A stretch of DNA of 64,000 bases, taken from the NCBI GenBank assembly GCA_900617105.1, contig UYFQ01000001.1:3410001-3474000 (forward strand), written 5' to 3'. A program made the position numbers and the translations under genes. The stretch comes from Hydrurus foetidus. Taxonomy: Eukaryota. The notes under the pieces were generated by a model. That model made no database searches. It was not told where the DNA came from and was given only the letters and a program-made list of their open reading frames with translations. Shown here piece after piece: positions 1-11,943 of the stretch. Position 1 is the stretch's first letter. Every line of letters begins with the position of its first letter.

Positions 1-446
1 TACCGGGCGATCTTGCGAAAACTCGAGTAATGGTCATCGGTGTAAAAACACGCATCGGGTGTGGTGGGCTTGAGCCCCCCACAAACAATGCGGCGTGCGC
101 CTCGTGATCTTTCTCCCGGCGTTTTTACGGTGTATTCCCGATAAAACCCCCGCTTTTCTGGCGGCAAAATCCGCTCCCGATTGCCAAAAACAACGCCGTC
201 TTTGTCGTACTTAAAAGGCCCGCCCTGCGCAATCAAGGCCATCATGTCCTGACCCTGCGCGGGCAACTGCTTGAGCTCAATGGTCGGTAGGGCGCCACCT
301 GCTGGCGGGCTCTTGGCCTGCACCAATCCGGTGCCTCCCAGCGCTAACGCCAAGCTTGCAGCACCCAACCAGGTCGGCAGGCTGCGCGGCTTGATCGAGA
401 CCCACATCCACGACTTCACCCACGACTTCATTGACTGCCAGACCAT
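1..446 (-). CDS. Secreted guanyl-specific ribonuclease (barnase/RNase Sa family); the stop codon is cut by the window edge
   Basis: Manual translation: hydrophobic N-terminus, then GGPFKYDKDGVVFGNRERILP..GFYREYTVKTPG..RGARRIVCGG..FYTDDHYSSF. Not in the ORF track. Confidence 0.85.
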   Translation of the reverse strand, partial: MVWQSMKSWVKSWMWVSIKPRSLPTWLGAASLALALGGTGLVQAKSPPAGGALPTIELKQLPAQGQDMMALIAQGGPFKYDKDGVVFGNRERILPPEKRGFYREYTVKTPGERSRGARRIVCGGLKPTTPDACFYTDDHYSSFRKIAR

Positions 447-617
447 GCTTTGCGTGCCTTTTGCTTGACTTTGATAAGCGGGAACGCCGACGGTGTTTCG
501 GGTTAACCCTCAAATTTCAAGCTGTGAATTTTGCCGCAAGTCAGCAAAAAACGCAATAGCCTGCTGAAGTTTTAGGCAGCAGGTGTGACGGAATACCGCT
601 GCAAAAGTTAGTGCACA

Positions 618-2948
618 CTACACTAAATGGCGCTGGCGTGCTGCATTTGCGTCTGCAACAGTCAATGCAGTCATATTCACAATCCGGCGCACCGTGGCGG
701 TCGCCGTGAGAATATGCATCGGTTTATTGGCCCCTAGCAGCACTGGGCCGATGGCAATGTTGCCGCCAGCGGCGGTTTTAAGCAGGTTGTAAGAAATATT
801 AGCAGCGTCAATGTTTGGCAGCACCAGCAAATTGGCCTCGCCAATCAACGCGCTGTTGGGCATCAGGGTGGCCCGGGCCTCGGCGTCCAGCGCCACGTCG
901 CCGTGCATTTCTCCGTCGACTTCGAGCCAAGGCGCTTTCTGGTGCAGTATTTCCAGGGTACGGCGCATTTTGATGGCGCTCGGCAAATTAGACGAGCCAA
1001 AATTGCTGTGCGACAGCAGCGCAGCTTTGGGCTTGATGCCAAAGCGCATCATTTCCTCAGCGGCCATGGTGGTGATTTCAGCCAGCTGCTCAGCGGTGGG
1101 GTCGTAGTTGACATGGGTGTCGAGCAAAAACACCTGGCGGCCAGGCAGCAGCAGCCCGTTCATGCAGGCATAGGTCTGCACGCCTTCGCGTTTGCCAATG
1201 ACCTGGTCGAGGTAATCCAGGTGCAACGCGGTAGTGCCCCACGTGCCGCAAATCAGTCCGTCTACGTCGCCTTTGTGCAGCAACATGCCGGCAATCAGCG
1301 TCAAGCGGCGGCGCATTTCGATTTTGGCCACCTGCACCGTTACGCCTTTTCGCTCCATCATGCGGTGGTAGGTTTGCCAAAAATCGCGGTAGCGGTGGTC
1401 TTGTTCGACATTGACCACGTCGTAATCGAGCTCTTCTTTCAGGCGAAGGCCAAAGTTTTCAATGCGCTTGGCAATCACCGCGGGCCGGCCAATTAACGTG
1501 GGGCGTGCCAAACCTTCGTCGACCACAATTTGGCAAGCGCGCAGCACGCGTTCTTCTTCGCCCTCGGCGTAGGCAATGCGTTTTTTGCTGGCGCTTTTGG
1601 CGGCCGCAAAAATCGGCTTCATCATGGTGCCAGATGCATACACAAAGCTTTGCAGCTTGACGCGGTACGCCTCCAGGTCGGCAATCGGGCGCAGGGCAAC
1701 GCCACTTTCAAAAGCGGCTTTGGCAACAGCCGGCGCAATCTTCATCATCAAGCGCGGGTCAAACGGTTTGGGGATCAAATATTCAGGGCCGAAAGCCAGC
1801 TTTTCGCCCACATAAGCCGCTGCAACAACTTCGCTTTGCTCGGCCTGCGCCAGCTCGGCAATGGCGTGCACCGCAGCAATTTCCATTTCAACCGTGATGG
1901 TCGACGCACCTGCATCGAGTGCGCCCCTGAAGATATACGGAAAGCACAACACGTTGTTGACCTGATTCGGGTAGTCGGTACGGCCCGTGGCAATGATGGC
2001 ATCTGCGCGAACTGCTTTGACTTCGTCTGGGTTGATTTCGGGATTCGGGTTAGCCAGCGCAAAAATAATTGGCTGGGGCGCCATTTTTTTGACCATGTCT
2101 TGCTTGAGCACGCCGCCCGCTGACAGGCCCAAAAAGATATCAGCGCCGTCGATGATGTCGCTGAGCGAGCGGGCATCGGTGGGTTGCGCAAATTGAATTT
2201 TGTCGTCGTCCATCAGCTCGGTGCGCCCGGTGTAAACCACGCCAGCCAGATCAGTGACGAACACGTTTTTACGGTCGATGCCGAGCTTGAGGAGCAAGTT
2301 CAGGCAGGCCAGCGCTGCAGCGCCTGCGCCTGACGTGACCAATTTCACTTTTGCCGGGTCTTTGCCAACGACTTTGAGGGCGTTCAAAATCGCCGCGCCT
2401 ACCGTAATGGCTGTGCCGTGCTGGTCATCATGAAACACCGGAATCTTCATGCGTTTGCGCAGCTCGCGCTCGACGTAAAAGCAGTCTGGTGCTTTGATGT
2501 CTTCTAAATTAATCGCGCCAAAGGTTGGCTCAAGCGATGCAATGATGTCGACCAGTTTGGCGGGGTCTTTCTCGTCGATTTCAATATCGAAAACATCCAC
2601 GCCCGCAAACTTTTTAAACAGTACCGCCTTGCCTTCCATCACCGGCTTGGCAGCCAGCGGCCCGATGTCGCCCAGGCCCAGCACGGCCGTGCCGTTGGTG
2701 ATGACTGCCACCAGGTTTCCGCGCGCGGTGTAGCGATAAGCGTTGTTCGGGTCTTTGACGATTTCTTCGCACGGCGCAGCCACGCCCGGTGAATAAGCGA
2801 GCGCCAAATCGCGCTGGTTGGTGAGTTGTTTAGTGGCGGCAATGGCCAGCTTGCCAGGGGTCGGGAATTCGTGATACTCAAGCGCAGCGCGGCGCAGTTC
2901 GGCGCGTTTTTCTGCAGTGTTCAATGGGGCAGTGGGCAAGGTCATCAT
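618..2948 (-). CDS. maeB: NADP-dependent malic enzyme fused to a phosphotransacetylase-like domain
   Basis: [28 protein letters not shown] and GAGAA motifs plus a PTA-like C-terminal domain. Confidence 0.95.
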   Translation of the reverse strand: MMTLPTAPLNTAEKRAELRRAALEYHEFPTPGKLAIAATKQLTNQRDLALAYSPGVAAPCEEIVKDPNNAYRYTARGNLVAVITNGTAVLGLGDIGPLAAKPVMEGKAVLFKKFAGVDVFDIEIDEKDPAKLVDIIASLEPTFGAINLEDIKAPDCFYVERELRKRMKIPVFHDDQHGTAITVGAAILNALKVVGKDPAKVKLVTSGAGAAALACLNLLLKLGIDRKNVFVTDLAGVVYTGRTELMDDDKIQFAQPTDARSLSDIIDGADIFLGLSAGGVLKQDMVKKMAPQPIIFALANPNPEINPDEVKAVRADAIIATGRTDYPNQVNNVLCFPYIFRGALDAGASTITVEMEIAAVHAIAELAQAEQSEVVAAAYVGEKLAFGPEYLIPKPFDPRLMMKIAPAVAKAAFESGVALRPIADLEAYRVKLQSFVYASGTMMKPIFAAAKSASKKRIAYAEGEEERVLRACQIVVDEGLARPTLIGRPAVIAKRIENFGLRLKEELDYDVVNVEQDHRYRDFWQTYHRMMERKGVTVQVAKIEMRRRLTLIAGMLLHKGDVDGLICGTWGTTALHLDYLDQVIGKREGVQTYACMNGLLLPGRQVFLLDTHVNYDPTAEQLAEITTMAAEEMMRFGIKPKAALLSHSNFGSSNLPSAIKMRRTLEILHQKAPWLEVDGEMHGDVALDAEARATLMPNSALIGEANLLVLPNIDAANISYNLLKTAAGGNIAIGPVLLGANKPMHILTATATVRRIVNMTALTVADANAARQRHLV

Positions 2949-3133
2949 GGGCAGTGTCTCCGGCAAGGTCTGGTAAGCGCTCGGGCGCTTTTTAGATGAG
3001 TGGCTCTAACTGGCTGGATTGTAGGCTGCGCTGCTTTCAGATTTGACTTCGGTGGCCTGATTTGCAAACAAAAAGGGCATTTAGCCCAATAAATATAGGC
3101 GCAAACAGCTATTATAATAATAGCATTTTAGCG

Positions 3134-4045
3134 ATGCGTTTATTTATGCTTTTAAGGTCCCGCTGGGCCATTGCCCTGTTTTTGCTGGCCCCGGCCATGA
3201 TGGCGGTGAACTATGTGCTGGGGCGAATGGCTTTTGGCCTGATTGCACCGCACATGCTGGCACTGTTGCGTTGGACGCTTGCCGGTTTGATCTTGCTGGC
3301 GTTTGCCTGGCCCGAGCTGTATGCCAAGCGTGCGCTGCTGCGCCGCCACGCGCTGCATTGCCTGGTGCTTGGCGTGCTGGGCATGTGGATTTGCGGGGCC
3401 TGGGTGTACATAGGCGCGCGTACCACCAGTGCCAACAACATAGCGCTGCCGTACGCCATGGCGCCCGCATTTATTGCACTGGCCTCTACCGTTTGGCTGC
3501 GCGAGCGTTTGGCCGCGGTGCAATGGCTGGGCTTGGCGGTGGCTTTTTTGGGCCTGGTGCACGTCATCATTGCCGGGCAGTGGGGCGCGCTGGCCAGCTT
3601 GCAGCTAAACCCCGGCGATGTGTGGATTTTGGCTGCTGTGCTCAGTTGGGCCGCGTATTCGATCTTGCTCAAGCGCTGGCCCAGTGACTTCAGCCCGCTG
3701 GCGCGGCTGGTGTTGATCATTTTTGGCGGAGTGTTGGTGCTGTTGCCGTTGGCAATGGTGGAGGCGATGGCCGGTTTGCCCTGGAGTCAAACCGTTTGGG
3801 GTTGGCGCACCGCGGCACTGGCGCTGGTGGCGGCGGTGATTCCAGGGGCCGGGTCTTTTTTGGCTTATTCCATGCTGCAAAAAAAGCTGGGGGCGGCCAC
3901 TGCGGGGCTGACCCTTTATTTGGCGCCGCTTTACGGCGCGGCCATGGCTTGGGCGCTGCTGGGGGAGCCGGTGCAGTGGCACCACGCAGTAGGCGCGGCG
4001 GTGATTTTGCCGGGCATTTATCTGGCGTCGCGCCGCCCCGGTTAG
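3134..4045 (+). CDS. EamA/DMT family transporter
   Basis: About 10 hydrophobic segments in a duplicated EamA pattern (GD..L..W..YS, LLGEP). Start codon uncertain. Confidence 0.85.
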   Translation: MRLFMLLRSRWAIALFLLAPAMMAVNYVLGRMAFGLIAPHMLALLRWTLAGLILLAFAWPELYAKRALLRRHALHCLVLGVLGMWICGAWVYIGARTTSANNIALPYAMAPAFIALASTVWLRERLAAVQWLGLAVAFLGLVHVIIAGQWGALASLQLNPGDVWILAAVLSWAAYSILLKRWPSDFSPLARLVLIIFGGVLVLLPLAMVEAMAGLPWSQTVWGWRTAALALVAAVIPGAGSFLAYSMLQKKLGAATAGLTLYLAPLYGAAMAWALLGEPVQWHHAVGAAVILPGIYLASRRPG

Positions 4046-4282
4046 TTATTGCGGTGGCCTGGAACGGCTGGCTGCGCAGTTTTTGCTATTAATTAAAGAG
4101 CTGCTCGCGCCCGTATTAATTGGGTAAAAGCACTTTTTTATACCCAAAATCACCCACTTTGGAGCCCTGCAGCCTTGGAGCCGTAACGCGGCCCCACGCG
4201 CGCACCTGACCGATTTGCACTTTTTTTAGCAGTGCTGGGTGCAAATTCTCTTGACGGCAGGCAAGTAATTGTCTAAATTGAG

Positions 4283-4326
4283 TGTCAGAATTAGTTTACA
4301 GTTCAATGTGACAACTTTACGTTACA
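4283..4326. promoter_or_regulatory. Tandem PpsR/CrtJ-type palindromes upstream of crtE
   Basis: TGT-N12-ACA at 4283-4300 and TGA-N12-ACA at 4309-4326, 8 bp apart. Confidence 0.75.
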
Positions 4327-4385
4327 TAAACCGACGTTAATTTGTTTCACCGATTTAACCCAAGCCGACTCTGCAGGAGCACCGC

Positions 4386-5333
4386 ATGAAAGCCATCACC
4401 CATATTGAACAGTCCCTGGCCGCTGCGCTGGCTATTGGCGAGGCACCGGGTTGCCCGCCCAAGCTGGCTGGCGCCATTCGGCACGCTGTTTTCCCCGGTG
4501 GTGCCCGCATTCGCCCCCAGCTTTGTATTGCCGTTGCCCACGCTTGCGGCAACGACGACCCGCTGCTGGCCGACGCGGCTGCGGTGGCCATTGAGTTGCT
4601 GCACTGCGCGTCACTGGTGCATGACGATTTACCGTGTTTTGACGACGCCCCCACCCGGCGCGGTCGTGCGTCGGTGCACTGGGCTTATGGCGAAAACTTG
4701 GCGGTGCTGGCTGGCGACGCACTGATCGTGCTGGCATTTCAAACACTTGCGCTGGCCGGTGGGCAACACCCCGCCCGCATGGCCGCTGTGCTGGGCACCG
4801 TGGCCAGCGGAGTGGGCATGCCGTTCGGCATTGTGGCGGGGCAGGCGTGGGAGTCGGAGTCGCGTGTGTCGTTGACGGCTTACCAGCGCGCTAAAACCGG
4901 CGCGCTATTTGTAGCTGCCACAGCAGGCGGTGCTCAAGCTGCAGGTGCAGACCCTGAGCCATGGCGCGCCCTCGGCGAATGGTTGGGCGAGGCGTATCAG
5001 GTAGCCGACGACATTCGTGATGTGCTAGCCGACCCGGCGCTGCTGGGCAAGCCAGTTGGGCAAGACGTGGCACTAGGCCGCCCCAGCGCAGCGATTGATT
5101 TGGGGCTGGCAGGCGCGATTGCGCACTTTGAAAAGCTGGTGCAGTCTGCAGTTGATGCCGTGCCCGAGTGCCACAGCCGCGAAATGATGCGTAACCTGGT
5201 GCGCCAGGAGTCAGAGCGCTTGGTGCCGCGCTCGGCTTGTGACCAATTCAGAAATGCGCCTGTTAATGCAGCAGCTAATTCACCGGTTAATTCGTCAGCC
5301 AATGCACCTGCAGCGCAGCGGATCGAAGCCTGA
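4386..5333 (+). CDS. crtE: Geranylgeranyl diphosphate synthase
   Basis: GGARIRP, SLVHDDLPCFDD and YQVADDIRD motifs; photosynthesis-cluster context. Confidence 0.95.
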   Translation: MKAITHIEQSLAAALAIGEAPGCPPKLAGAIRHAVFPGGARIRPQLCIAVAHACGNDDPLLADAAAVAIELLHCASLVHDDLPCFDDAPTRRGRASVHWAYGENLAVLAGDALIVLAFQTLALAGGQHPARMAAVLGTVASGVGMPFGIVAGQAWESESRVSLTAYQRAKTGALFVAATAGGAQAAGADPEPWRALGEWLGEAYQVADDIRDVLADPALLGKPVGQDVALGRPSAAIDLGLAGAIAHFEKLVQSAVDAVPECHSREMMRNLVRQESERLVPRSACDQFRNAPVNAAANSPVNSSANAPAAQRIEA

Positions 5334-5368
5334 ATGCGATCTGTGACGACGCCTGAAAAGGCAAGCGA

Positions 5369-6556
5369 ATGAAGGCTCTTGATTTGGCAAAGCCTGCTGC
5401 CGACTTAACCAGCAGGCCCGCGTGGCGGGACCGTTTTGACGCCTGGATGGACCGCAAGCTGACCGACCCTGACTTCTCGCGCTGGGCTGCTGGCAGCGTG
5501 TTTACCCGCTGGATTACCAGGCGGCGCGCTCAACAAGTGTTCGATGTGATGGCTGGTTTTGTGTATTCACAGGTGCTGCTGGCCTGCGTGCGTTTGCGTA
5601 TTTTTGAGCTGGTCAATGAGTCGCCACGCACCCTGGACGAACTGGCCCACATCTGCCAGGTACCCGCATCAGCGCTGCAGCGTTTGATTAACTCAGCCGT
5701 TGCGCTGAAGCTGCTGAACCAGCGTGGGCAAGGCCGTTATGGTTTAGGCGCGCTCGGTGCACCGGTTGCGGGCCATGCCGGAATCCGCGCCATGATTGAG
5801 CACCACGCTGTGCTGTACCACGACATGCAAGACCCCGTTGCGCTGCTGCGTGATCAGGTTAGCGACGCCCAAATGGCCGCGTACTGGCCTTACTCGGCGA
5901 TTGACGCTGGCGCCGACCTGAAAGCCGCGCCCGCCCGCACCTGGCAGGGCGACAAGGTGGCGCGTTATTCGCAATTGATGTCCGCGTCGCAGCCGTTTGT
6001 GGTGGACGAGGTGCTGGCCACTTACGATTTTGCGCAGCATAAGTGTTCGCTCGACGTGGGCGGCGGGCAGGGAACGTTTGTGGGTCGGTTGGCGCTTCAG
6101 TTTCCACAGCTCACGCTCAAGTTGTTTGACTTGCCGCAGGTTGCCGAGCTGGCTCAAGCCAGTTTTGCTAAAGGCGGCTTCGCTGACCGCGCCACAGCGT
6201 TTGGCGGTGATTTTCTGCGTGATGCACTGCCGCAAGGCGCTGACCTGATCACTCTGGTGCGCGTGGCACATGACCACCCGGACGAGCATGTCAACGCTAT
6301 TTTGCGAGCCATTTTTGCCGCGTTGCCCGCAGGCGGCACCTTACTGCTGGCCGAGCCCATGGCGCAAAACGCCAACGAGCCGCCGCTGGGCGACGCGTAT
6401 TTTCATTTTTACCTGCTGGCCATGGGCGCGGGTCGTTTGCGCACCACTGGCGAGCTGAGCGCCATGATGGTTGAAGCTGGGTTTTTGGGTGTGGAGTTGC
6501 TTCGCAACCCGATGCCGATTCAAACGCGTATTTTGGTTGCCAAGAAACCTAAGTAA
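5369..6556 (+). CDS. crtF: Hydroxyneurosporene O-methyltransferase
   Basis: SAM motif LDVGGGQG, AYFHFYLLAMGAG; lies between crtE and bchC. Confidence 0.92.
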   Translation: MKALDLAKPAADLTSRPAWRDRFDAWMDRKLTDPDFSRWAAGSVFTRWITRRRAQQVFDVMAGFVYSQVLLACVRLRIFELVNESPRTLDELAHICQVPASALQRLINSAVALKLLNQRGQGRYGLGALGAPVAGHAGIRAMIEHHAVLYHDMQDPVALLRDQVSDAQMAAYWPYSAIDAGADLKAAPARTWQGDKVARYSQLMSASQPFVVDEVLATYDFAQHKCSLDVGGGQGTFVGRLALQFPQLTLKLFDLPQVAELAQASFAKGGFADRATAFGGDFLRDALPQGADLITLVRVAHDHPDEHVNAILRAIFAALPAGGTLLLAEPMAQNANEPPLGDAYFHFYLLAMGAGRLRTTGELSAMMVEAGFLGVELLRNPMPIQTRILVAKKPK

Positions 6557-6590
6557 ATACCCGCGAAACACCAAAATCCTGTAAAAATAC

Positions 6591-6634
6591 TGTAAATAAC
6601 AATTGACACTTTTGAACGTAAACGTAAACTGACA
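6591..6634. promoter_or_regulatory. Tandem PpsR/CrtJ-type palindromes upstream of bchC
   Basis: TGT-N12-ACA at 6591-6608 and CGT-N12-ACA at 6617-6634, 8 bp apart. Confidence 0.8.
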
Positions 6635-6636
6635 CC

Positions 6637-7572
6637 ATGCAAGCACAAGCCGTTGTATTTAAAAGCCCCCAGCAGCTAGAGCTGCGCGGCTTGGAATTGC
6701 GTGCACCTGGCGCCGGCGAGCTTGAAGTGGACATTGAATTCAGCGGCATCAGCACTGGCACCGAGCGTTTGCTGTGGGACGGCACAATGCCAGCATTCCC
6801 CGGAATGGGTTACCCGCTGGTGCCAGGCTATGAATCGGTTGGCCGTGTGGTTAGTGTGGGCGCAGGTGCCACGGCAAAAGTCGGCAGCCGCGTTTTTGTC
6901 CCGGGTGCGCAGTGCTTCGAAGGCGTACACAACCTGTTCGGCGGGTCGGCTTCGCGTTTGGTCGTGCAACAAGCGCGCACGGTTGAAGTGCAAGACCATT
7001 TGGGTGCTCGCGCTGTGTTGTTGGCGCTGGCTGCTACCGCGCAACACGCGCTAGCCCATCAAACCCCGCCAGATTTAATCATCGGCCACGGCGTGATGGG
7101 TCGCTTGCTGGCGCGTTTAACCGTGGCTGCAGGCCACGCCGCACCCACGGTGTGGGAACTCAACCCAAGCCGCCATGCAGGAAGCGACGGCTACGCAGTC
7201 GTCAACCCGGCGGACGATGCGCGTCGCGATTACCGCGCTATTTACGACGTCAGCGGCGATTCACAAATTCTCGACAAAGCCATTGCCCGTCAGGCCCCCG
7301 GCGGCGAAGTGGTGCTGGCTGGCTTTTACAAAGACTCGTTGAGCTTTGCTTTTGCCCCGGCCTTCATGCGCGAAACGCGGATTCGCATTGCAGCGCAGTG
7401 GAAGCCAGAAGACTTGGCTGCCGCCGCAGCACTGGCTCACAGCGGCAAGTTGTCGCTAGACGGCCTGATCACGCATACAGAAAAAACTGCCAACGCAGCG
7501 CACGCCTACGAAGTGGCGTTCGCAGATGCAGGCTGCCTAAAAATGATTTTGGATTGGAAACACAGCGCATGA
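6637..7572 (+). CDS. bchC: 3-hydroxyethyl bacteriochlorophyllide a dehydrogenase
   Basis: SGISTGTERLLW, FPGMGYPLVPGYE, FAFAPAFMRE. Confidence 0.95.
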   Translation: MQAQAVVFKSPQQLELRGLELRAPGAGELEVDIEFSGISTGTERLLWDGTMPAFPGMGYPLVPGYESVGRVVSVGAGATAKVGSRVFVPGAQCFEGVHNLFGGSASRLVVQQARTVEVQDHLGARAVLLALAATAQHALAHQTPPDLIIGHGVMGRLLARLTVAAGHAAPTVWELNPSRHAGSDGYAVVNPADDARRDYRAIYDVSGDSQILDKAIARQAPGGEVVLAGFYKDSLSFAFAPAFMRETRIRIAAQWKPEDLAAAAALAHSGKLSLDGLITHTEKTANAAHAYEVAFADAGCLKMILDWKHSA

Positions 7573-8558
7573 ACCCGACAACCATCATGGTCAGAGACCT
7601 TCGCGCCGAAGCGGCGATTGAGCCTACGCCTATGAAAACCGGTGAGGCTAACAAAGAAACGCAAATCATCGCCATTTACGGCAAAGGCGGCATTGGCAAA
7701 AGCTTCACGCTGGCCAACCTGAGTTACATGATGGCGCAGCAGGGCAAAAAAGTTTTGCTGATTGGCTGCGACCCAAAAAGCGACACCACCAGCCTTTTGT
7801 TTGGCGGCCGGGCTTGCCCCACGATTATTGAAACGTCGTCAAAGAAAAAACTCGCTGGCGAAGCGGTTGCGATTGGCGACGTTTGCTTCAAACGTGACGG
7901 CGTTTACGCCATGGAACTTGGCGGCCCAGAAGTTGGCCGCGGTTGCGGCGGTCGCGGCATCATTCATGGCTTTGAGCTGCTTGAAAAGCTCGGCTTTCAT
8001 GACTGGGGTTTTGACTACGTGCTGCTCGACTTTTTGGGCGACGTGGTGTGCGGCGGCTTTGGCTTGCCCATTGCCCGTGACATGTGCCAAAAAGTCATCG
8101 TAGTGGCCAGCAACGACTTGCAGTCGCTTTACGTGGCCAATAACGTTTGCTCGGCAGTTGAATACTTCCGCAAGCTGGGCGGAAACGTCGGCGTGGCGGG
8201 CATGGTCATCAACCGCGACGACGGCACCGGCGAGGCATCGGCCTTTGCTGAAAAAGTCGGCATACCGGTGCTCTCTATCATTCCGGCTAACGACGACATT
8301 CGCCGCAAAAGCGCCAGCTACGAAATCATTGGCCGCCCCGACTCAGTGTGGGGCCCCATGTTCGCGCAGCTCGCAGAAAACGTGGGCACGTCGCAGCCGA
8401 TTCGTCCGAAACCCATGACGCAAGACGAATTGCTGGGCTTGTTTTCTGCCGATGTGGTCGGCCGCAACGTGGTGCTCGAGCCCGCTACGCAATTTGACAT
8501 GTGCGGCAAAAAAGAAACCGTTAAAGAAACGCTTGAAGTCGTTTACGACGAAGTCTGA
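7569..8558 (+). CDS. bchX: Chlorophyllide a reductase iron protein X
   Basis: [30 protein letters not shown]; its ATG overlaps the bchC stop. Confidence 0.96.
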   Translation: MNPTTIMVRDLRAEAAIEPTPMKTGEANKETQIIAIYGKGGIGKSFTLANLSYMMAQQGKKVLLIGCDPKSDTTSLLFGGRACPTIIETSSKKKLAGEAVAIGDVCFKRDGVYAMELGGPEVGRGCGGRGIIHGFELLEKLGFHDWGFDYVLLDFLGDVVCGGFGLPIARDMCQKVIVVASNDLQSLYVANNVCSAVEYFRKLGGNVGVAGMVINRDDGTGEASAFAEKVGIPVLSIIPANDDIRRKSASYEIIGRPDSVWGPMFAQLAENVGTSQPIRPKPMTQDELLGLFSADVVGRNVVLEPATQFDMCGKKETVKETLEVVYDEV

Positions 8559-8584
8559 ACCAGCACGAGTCAAGTACACGAATC

Positions 8585-10144
8585 ATGAGCACAGTTATCC
8601 CGATCATCCCGATGCCAGCAGCGCCGATCAGCACGGCGCTTGAAGGTGACGGCATGGGTTGCCACAGCGGCGGCGAGGCCATGTTGGCTGCAGCCAAGTC
8701 GGCAGGTAAATCAGAAATCCTTGAGCAGTACGCCAAGGACTACCCGAAAGACCCCAAAGCCGGCCCGCACGACCAACCGCAAAGCATGTGCCCCGCATTT
8801 GGCTCGCTGCGTGTGGGCTTGCGCATGCGCCGTACCGCCACTATTTTGTCGGGCTCAGCATGCTGCGTTTATGGCCTCACGTTCACCTCGCATTTTTACG
8901 GCGCCAAGCGCAGCGTCGGTTATGTGCCATTCAACTCAGAGTCGCTGGTCACGGGAAAGCTGTTTGAAGACATCCGCGAAGCGGTGTTTCAGCAGGCCGA
9001 CCCTGCCTTGTACGACGCGATTGTCATCATCAATTTATGTGTGCCTACCGCCAGCGGCGTGCCACTGCAAATTTTGCCGAAAGAAATTAACGGCGTTCGC
9101 ATCATCGGCATTGACGTGCCAGGCTTTGGTGTGCCAACGCATGCTGAGGCCAAAGATGTTTTAGCTGGCGCGATGTTGAAGTACGCGCGCACTGAAGCCC
9201 TCGCTGGCCCCGTGCAAGCGCCGCGTAACGGTAAATCTGACAAGCCGACTATCACCTTATTGGGTGAAATGTTCCCCGCTGACCCGGTCATCATCGGCAT
9301 GATGCTGGAGCCCATGGGCCTGGCTGCTGGCCCCACCGTGCCGACCCGCGAGTGGCGCGAGTTGTATGCCGCCCTTGACTGCGCTGCTGTTGCCGCGATT
9401 CATCCGTTTTACACCGCCAGCGTGCGCGAATTTGATGCCGCTGGTCGTAAGGTTGTTGGTTCGGCGCCAGTAGGCTACGACGGCACAGAGGCATGGCTGC
9501 AAGCCATTGGCGAGGCGACCAATATTGCGCAAGCAGACATTGACGCTGCAAAAAATAAGTTCTTGCCTGCAATCAAAGCAGTGCTGGGCAAAACACCGAT
9601 CAAAGGTCGCATTACGTTAAGCGGCTACGAAGGTTCTGAATTGCTGGTGGGTCGCCTGCTGATAGAAAGCGGTGCTGACCTGCGCTACGTCGGCACCGCC
9701 TGCCCACGCACCGCGTGGAACGAAGCAGATTTGCAGTGGCTGCAAGGCAAAGGCGTGATGGTGCAATTCCGTGCATCGCTTGAGCAAGACCTGGCCGCCG
9801 TGCATGAGTTCAAGCCTGACTTGGCCATTGGCACAACGCCAATCGTGCAAGCCGCCAAAGAGCTGACGATTCCCTCGCTGTACTTCACCAACCTCATTTC
9901 AGCCCGCCCCTTGATGGGCCCAGCTGGCGCAGGTTCGTTGGCCACCGTGGTCAACGCAGCCATTGGCAACAAAGCCCGCTTTGAGCAGATGAAAGAATTC
10001 TTTGGCTCTGCAGGCACGGGACATTCAACCGGCGTGTGGGAAGCAGCGCAAGGCATTCCACAAGACCGCCCAGAATTTAAAGCCGAGCAACGCAGACTGG
10101 CCGTCAAGATGGCTAAAAAGCGCAAAGCTGAGGAAATGATCTGA
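8585..10144 (+). CDS. bchY: Chlorophyllide a reductase subunit Y
   Basis: [23 protein letters not shown]. Confidence 0.96.
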   Translation: MSTVIPIIPMPAAPISTALEGDGMGCHSGGEAMLAAAKSAGKSEILEQYAKDYPKDPKAGPHDQPQSMCPAFGSLRVGLRMRRTATILSGSACCVYGLTFTSHFYGAKRSVGYVPFNSESLVTGKLFEDIREAVFQQADPALYDAIVIINLCVPTASGVPLQILPKEINGVRIIGIDVPGFGVPTHAEAKDVLAGAMLKYARTEALAGPVQAPRNGKSDKPTITLLGEMFPADPVIIGMMLEPMGLAAGPTVPTREWRELYAALDCAAVAAIHPFYTASVREFDAAGRKVVGSAPVGYDGTEAWLQAIGEATNIAQADIDAAKNKFLPAIKAVLGKTPIKGRITLSGYEGSELLVGRLLIESGADLRYVGTACPRTAWNEADLQWLQGKGVMVQFRASLEQDLAAVHEFKPDLAIGTTPIVQAAKELTIPSLYFTNLISARPLMGPAGAGSLATVVNAAIGNKARFEQMKEFFGSAGTGHSTGVWEAAQGIPQDRPEFKAEQRRLAVKMAKKRKAEEMI

Positions 10145-11622
10145 TGTTAGTTTTAGATCACGATCGTGCAGGTGGCTATTGGGGCGCGGTGTATGTGTTC
10201 ACCGCCATCAAGGGTTTGCAAGTGGTGATTGACGGCCCTGTGGGCTGCGAGAACCTGCCGGTTACGTCCGTGTTGCATTACACCGATGCATTGCCACCGC
10301 ACGAGTTGCCAATCGTTGTCACGGGTCTGGCCGAAGAGCAACTCGGCCGCGAAGGCACTGAAGGCTCCATGCGCCGCGCGCATGCGGCGCTCGACCCTGA
10401 CCTTCCATCTGTGGTGGTCACAGGCTCAATTGCCGAAATGATTGGTGGCGGCGTGACACCAGCAGGCACCAACATCCAGCGCTTTTTGCCGCGCACCATT
10501 GATGAAGACCAGTGGCAGTGCGCCAACCGCGCCATGTTTTGGTTGTGGTCAGAATACGGCGTCAAGCATGTACCGGCTCGCAAGCCAGCTGCAGAACGTG
10601 CACCGGGTGAAAAACCAAGGGTCAACATCATTGGCCCCAGCTACGGCACGTTCAATTGCCCAAGTGACTTGGCAGAAATTCGCCGCTTGGTGCAGGGCAT
10701 CGGCGCAGAGATCAACATGGTCTTCCCGCTCGGTAGCCACTTGGCTGATGTGTCGCGCTTGGTAGAAGCCGATGTCAACATTTGCATGTACCGCGAATTC
10801 GGCCGCATGCTGTGCGAGGCATTGGAGCGGCCTTACCTGCAAGCACCCATTGGCCTGCACAGCACGACCAAATTTTTGCGCAAACTGGGTGAGTTGCTGG
10901 GGCTTGACCCTGAACCATTTATCGAGCGCGAAAAGCACACCACCATCAAACCGATTTGGGACTTGTGGCGCTCGGTGACCCAAGACTTTTTTGGCACGGC
11001 CAGCTTTGCGGTCGTGGCCAATGAAACTTACACGCGCGGCATTCGCCATTTTCTTGAAGACGAAATGGGCCTGCCTTGCAACTTTGCAATTTCGCGTTGC
11101 CCAGGCGCTAAAACTGACAACGCTGAAGTGCGCCGCTTGACCTCAACCAAAACACCATTGGTGATGTACGGCAGCTACAACGAGCGCATGTACCTGGCCG
11201 AGTGCGGTGGTGGCGGCATGATGAAGGCGACTTTTATTCCCGCGTCTTTCCCGCTGCCGATTATTCGCCGCCATACCGGCACACCGTTCATGGGCTATGC
11301 AGGTGCAACGTACCTGATTCAAGAGTTTTGCAACGCGCTGTTTGACGCGCTGTTTCATATCTTGCCGCTCGGTACTGAGCTCGACAAGATTGACTCTACA
11401 CCCGGCCGTATCAACGCCGACAAACCCATTTCGTGGAGCGATGAAGCGCACGCGTTGCTAGAAGAGCTGATAGAGGCCGAGCCAGTGTTGGTTCGTATTT
11501 CCGCTGCCAAACAAATGCGTGATCGTGCCGAGCGCGATGCACGTCAATCCGGTCGCTCAGTGGTTGAGCTTGACCGGCTTACAGAATTGTTCGGGCATTC
11601 AAAAGCAGGAGCGGCCGCATGA
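10144..11622 (+). CDS. bchZ: Chlorophyllide a reductase subunit Z
   Basis: [20 protein letters not shown]. Confidence 0.96.
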   Translation: MLVLDHDRAGGYWGAVYVFTAIKGLQVVIDGPVGCENLPVTSVLHYTDALPPHELPIVVTGLAEEQLGREGTEGSMRRAHAALDPDLPSVVVTGSIAEMIGGGVTPAGTNIQRFLPRTIDEDQWQCANRAMFWLWSEYGVKHVPARKPAAERAPGEKPRVNIIGPSYGTFNCPSDLAEIRRLVQGIGAEINMVFPLGSHLADVSRLVEADVNICMYREFGRMLCEALERPYLQAPIGLHSTTKFLRKLGELLGLDPEPFIEREKHTTIKPIWDLWRSVTQDFFGTASFAVVANETYTRGIRHFLEDEMGLPCNFAISRCPGAKTDNAEVRRLTSTKTPLVMYGSYNERMYLAECGGGGMMKATFIPASFPLPIIRRHTGTPFMGYAGATYLIQEFCNALFDALFHILPLGTELDKIDSTPGRINADKPISWSDEAHALLEELIEAEPVLVRISAAKQMRDRAERDARQSGRSVVELDRLTELFGHSKAGAAA

Positions 11623-11767
11623 TCTGCACCGCTTTGATTTTGAGTGCCAGTACAAGCGCCCAGAGTTTTCTGGACGCAAGTTTGCCCACACGTTCGCGTG
11701 GTGGCATTTCGGTCCTTGCCTTCGGGCAGGGTAGTCGCCGCAAGGCGTGTTTAGAAAGGTATTGATC

Positions 11768-11911
11768 ATGAATCAAAGTACGAGTCCATCAGGTCTGTCT
11801 GATGCAGAGTGCCAGGAATTCCACAAGTACTACATCCAGGGTTATGTGCTGTGGGGCGTTGGCGCTCTGATTGCACACAGCTTGGTGTGGATCTGGCGTC
11901 CCTGGTTCTAA
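11768..11911 (+). CDS. pufB: Light-harvesting LH1 beta polypeptide (47 aa)
   Basis: Manual translation MNQSTSPSGLSDAECQEFHKYYIQGYVLWGVGALIAHSLVWIWRPWF. Not in the ORF track. Confidence 0.95.
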   Translation: MNQSTSPSGLSDAECQEFHKYYIQGYVLWGVGALIAHSLVWIWRPWF

Positions 11912-11943
11912 GAACCCCTTAGAACTTATTCACGGAGATAAAT

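Noticed and set aside
7152..7568. 139-aa N-terminal extension of BchX in the ORF track
   Set aside because: It lies inside bchC; ATG 7569 overlapping the bchC stop gives a normal BchX
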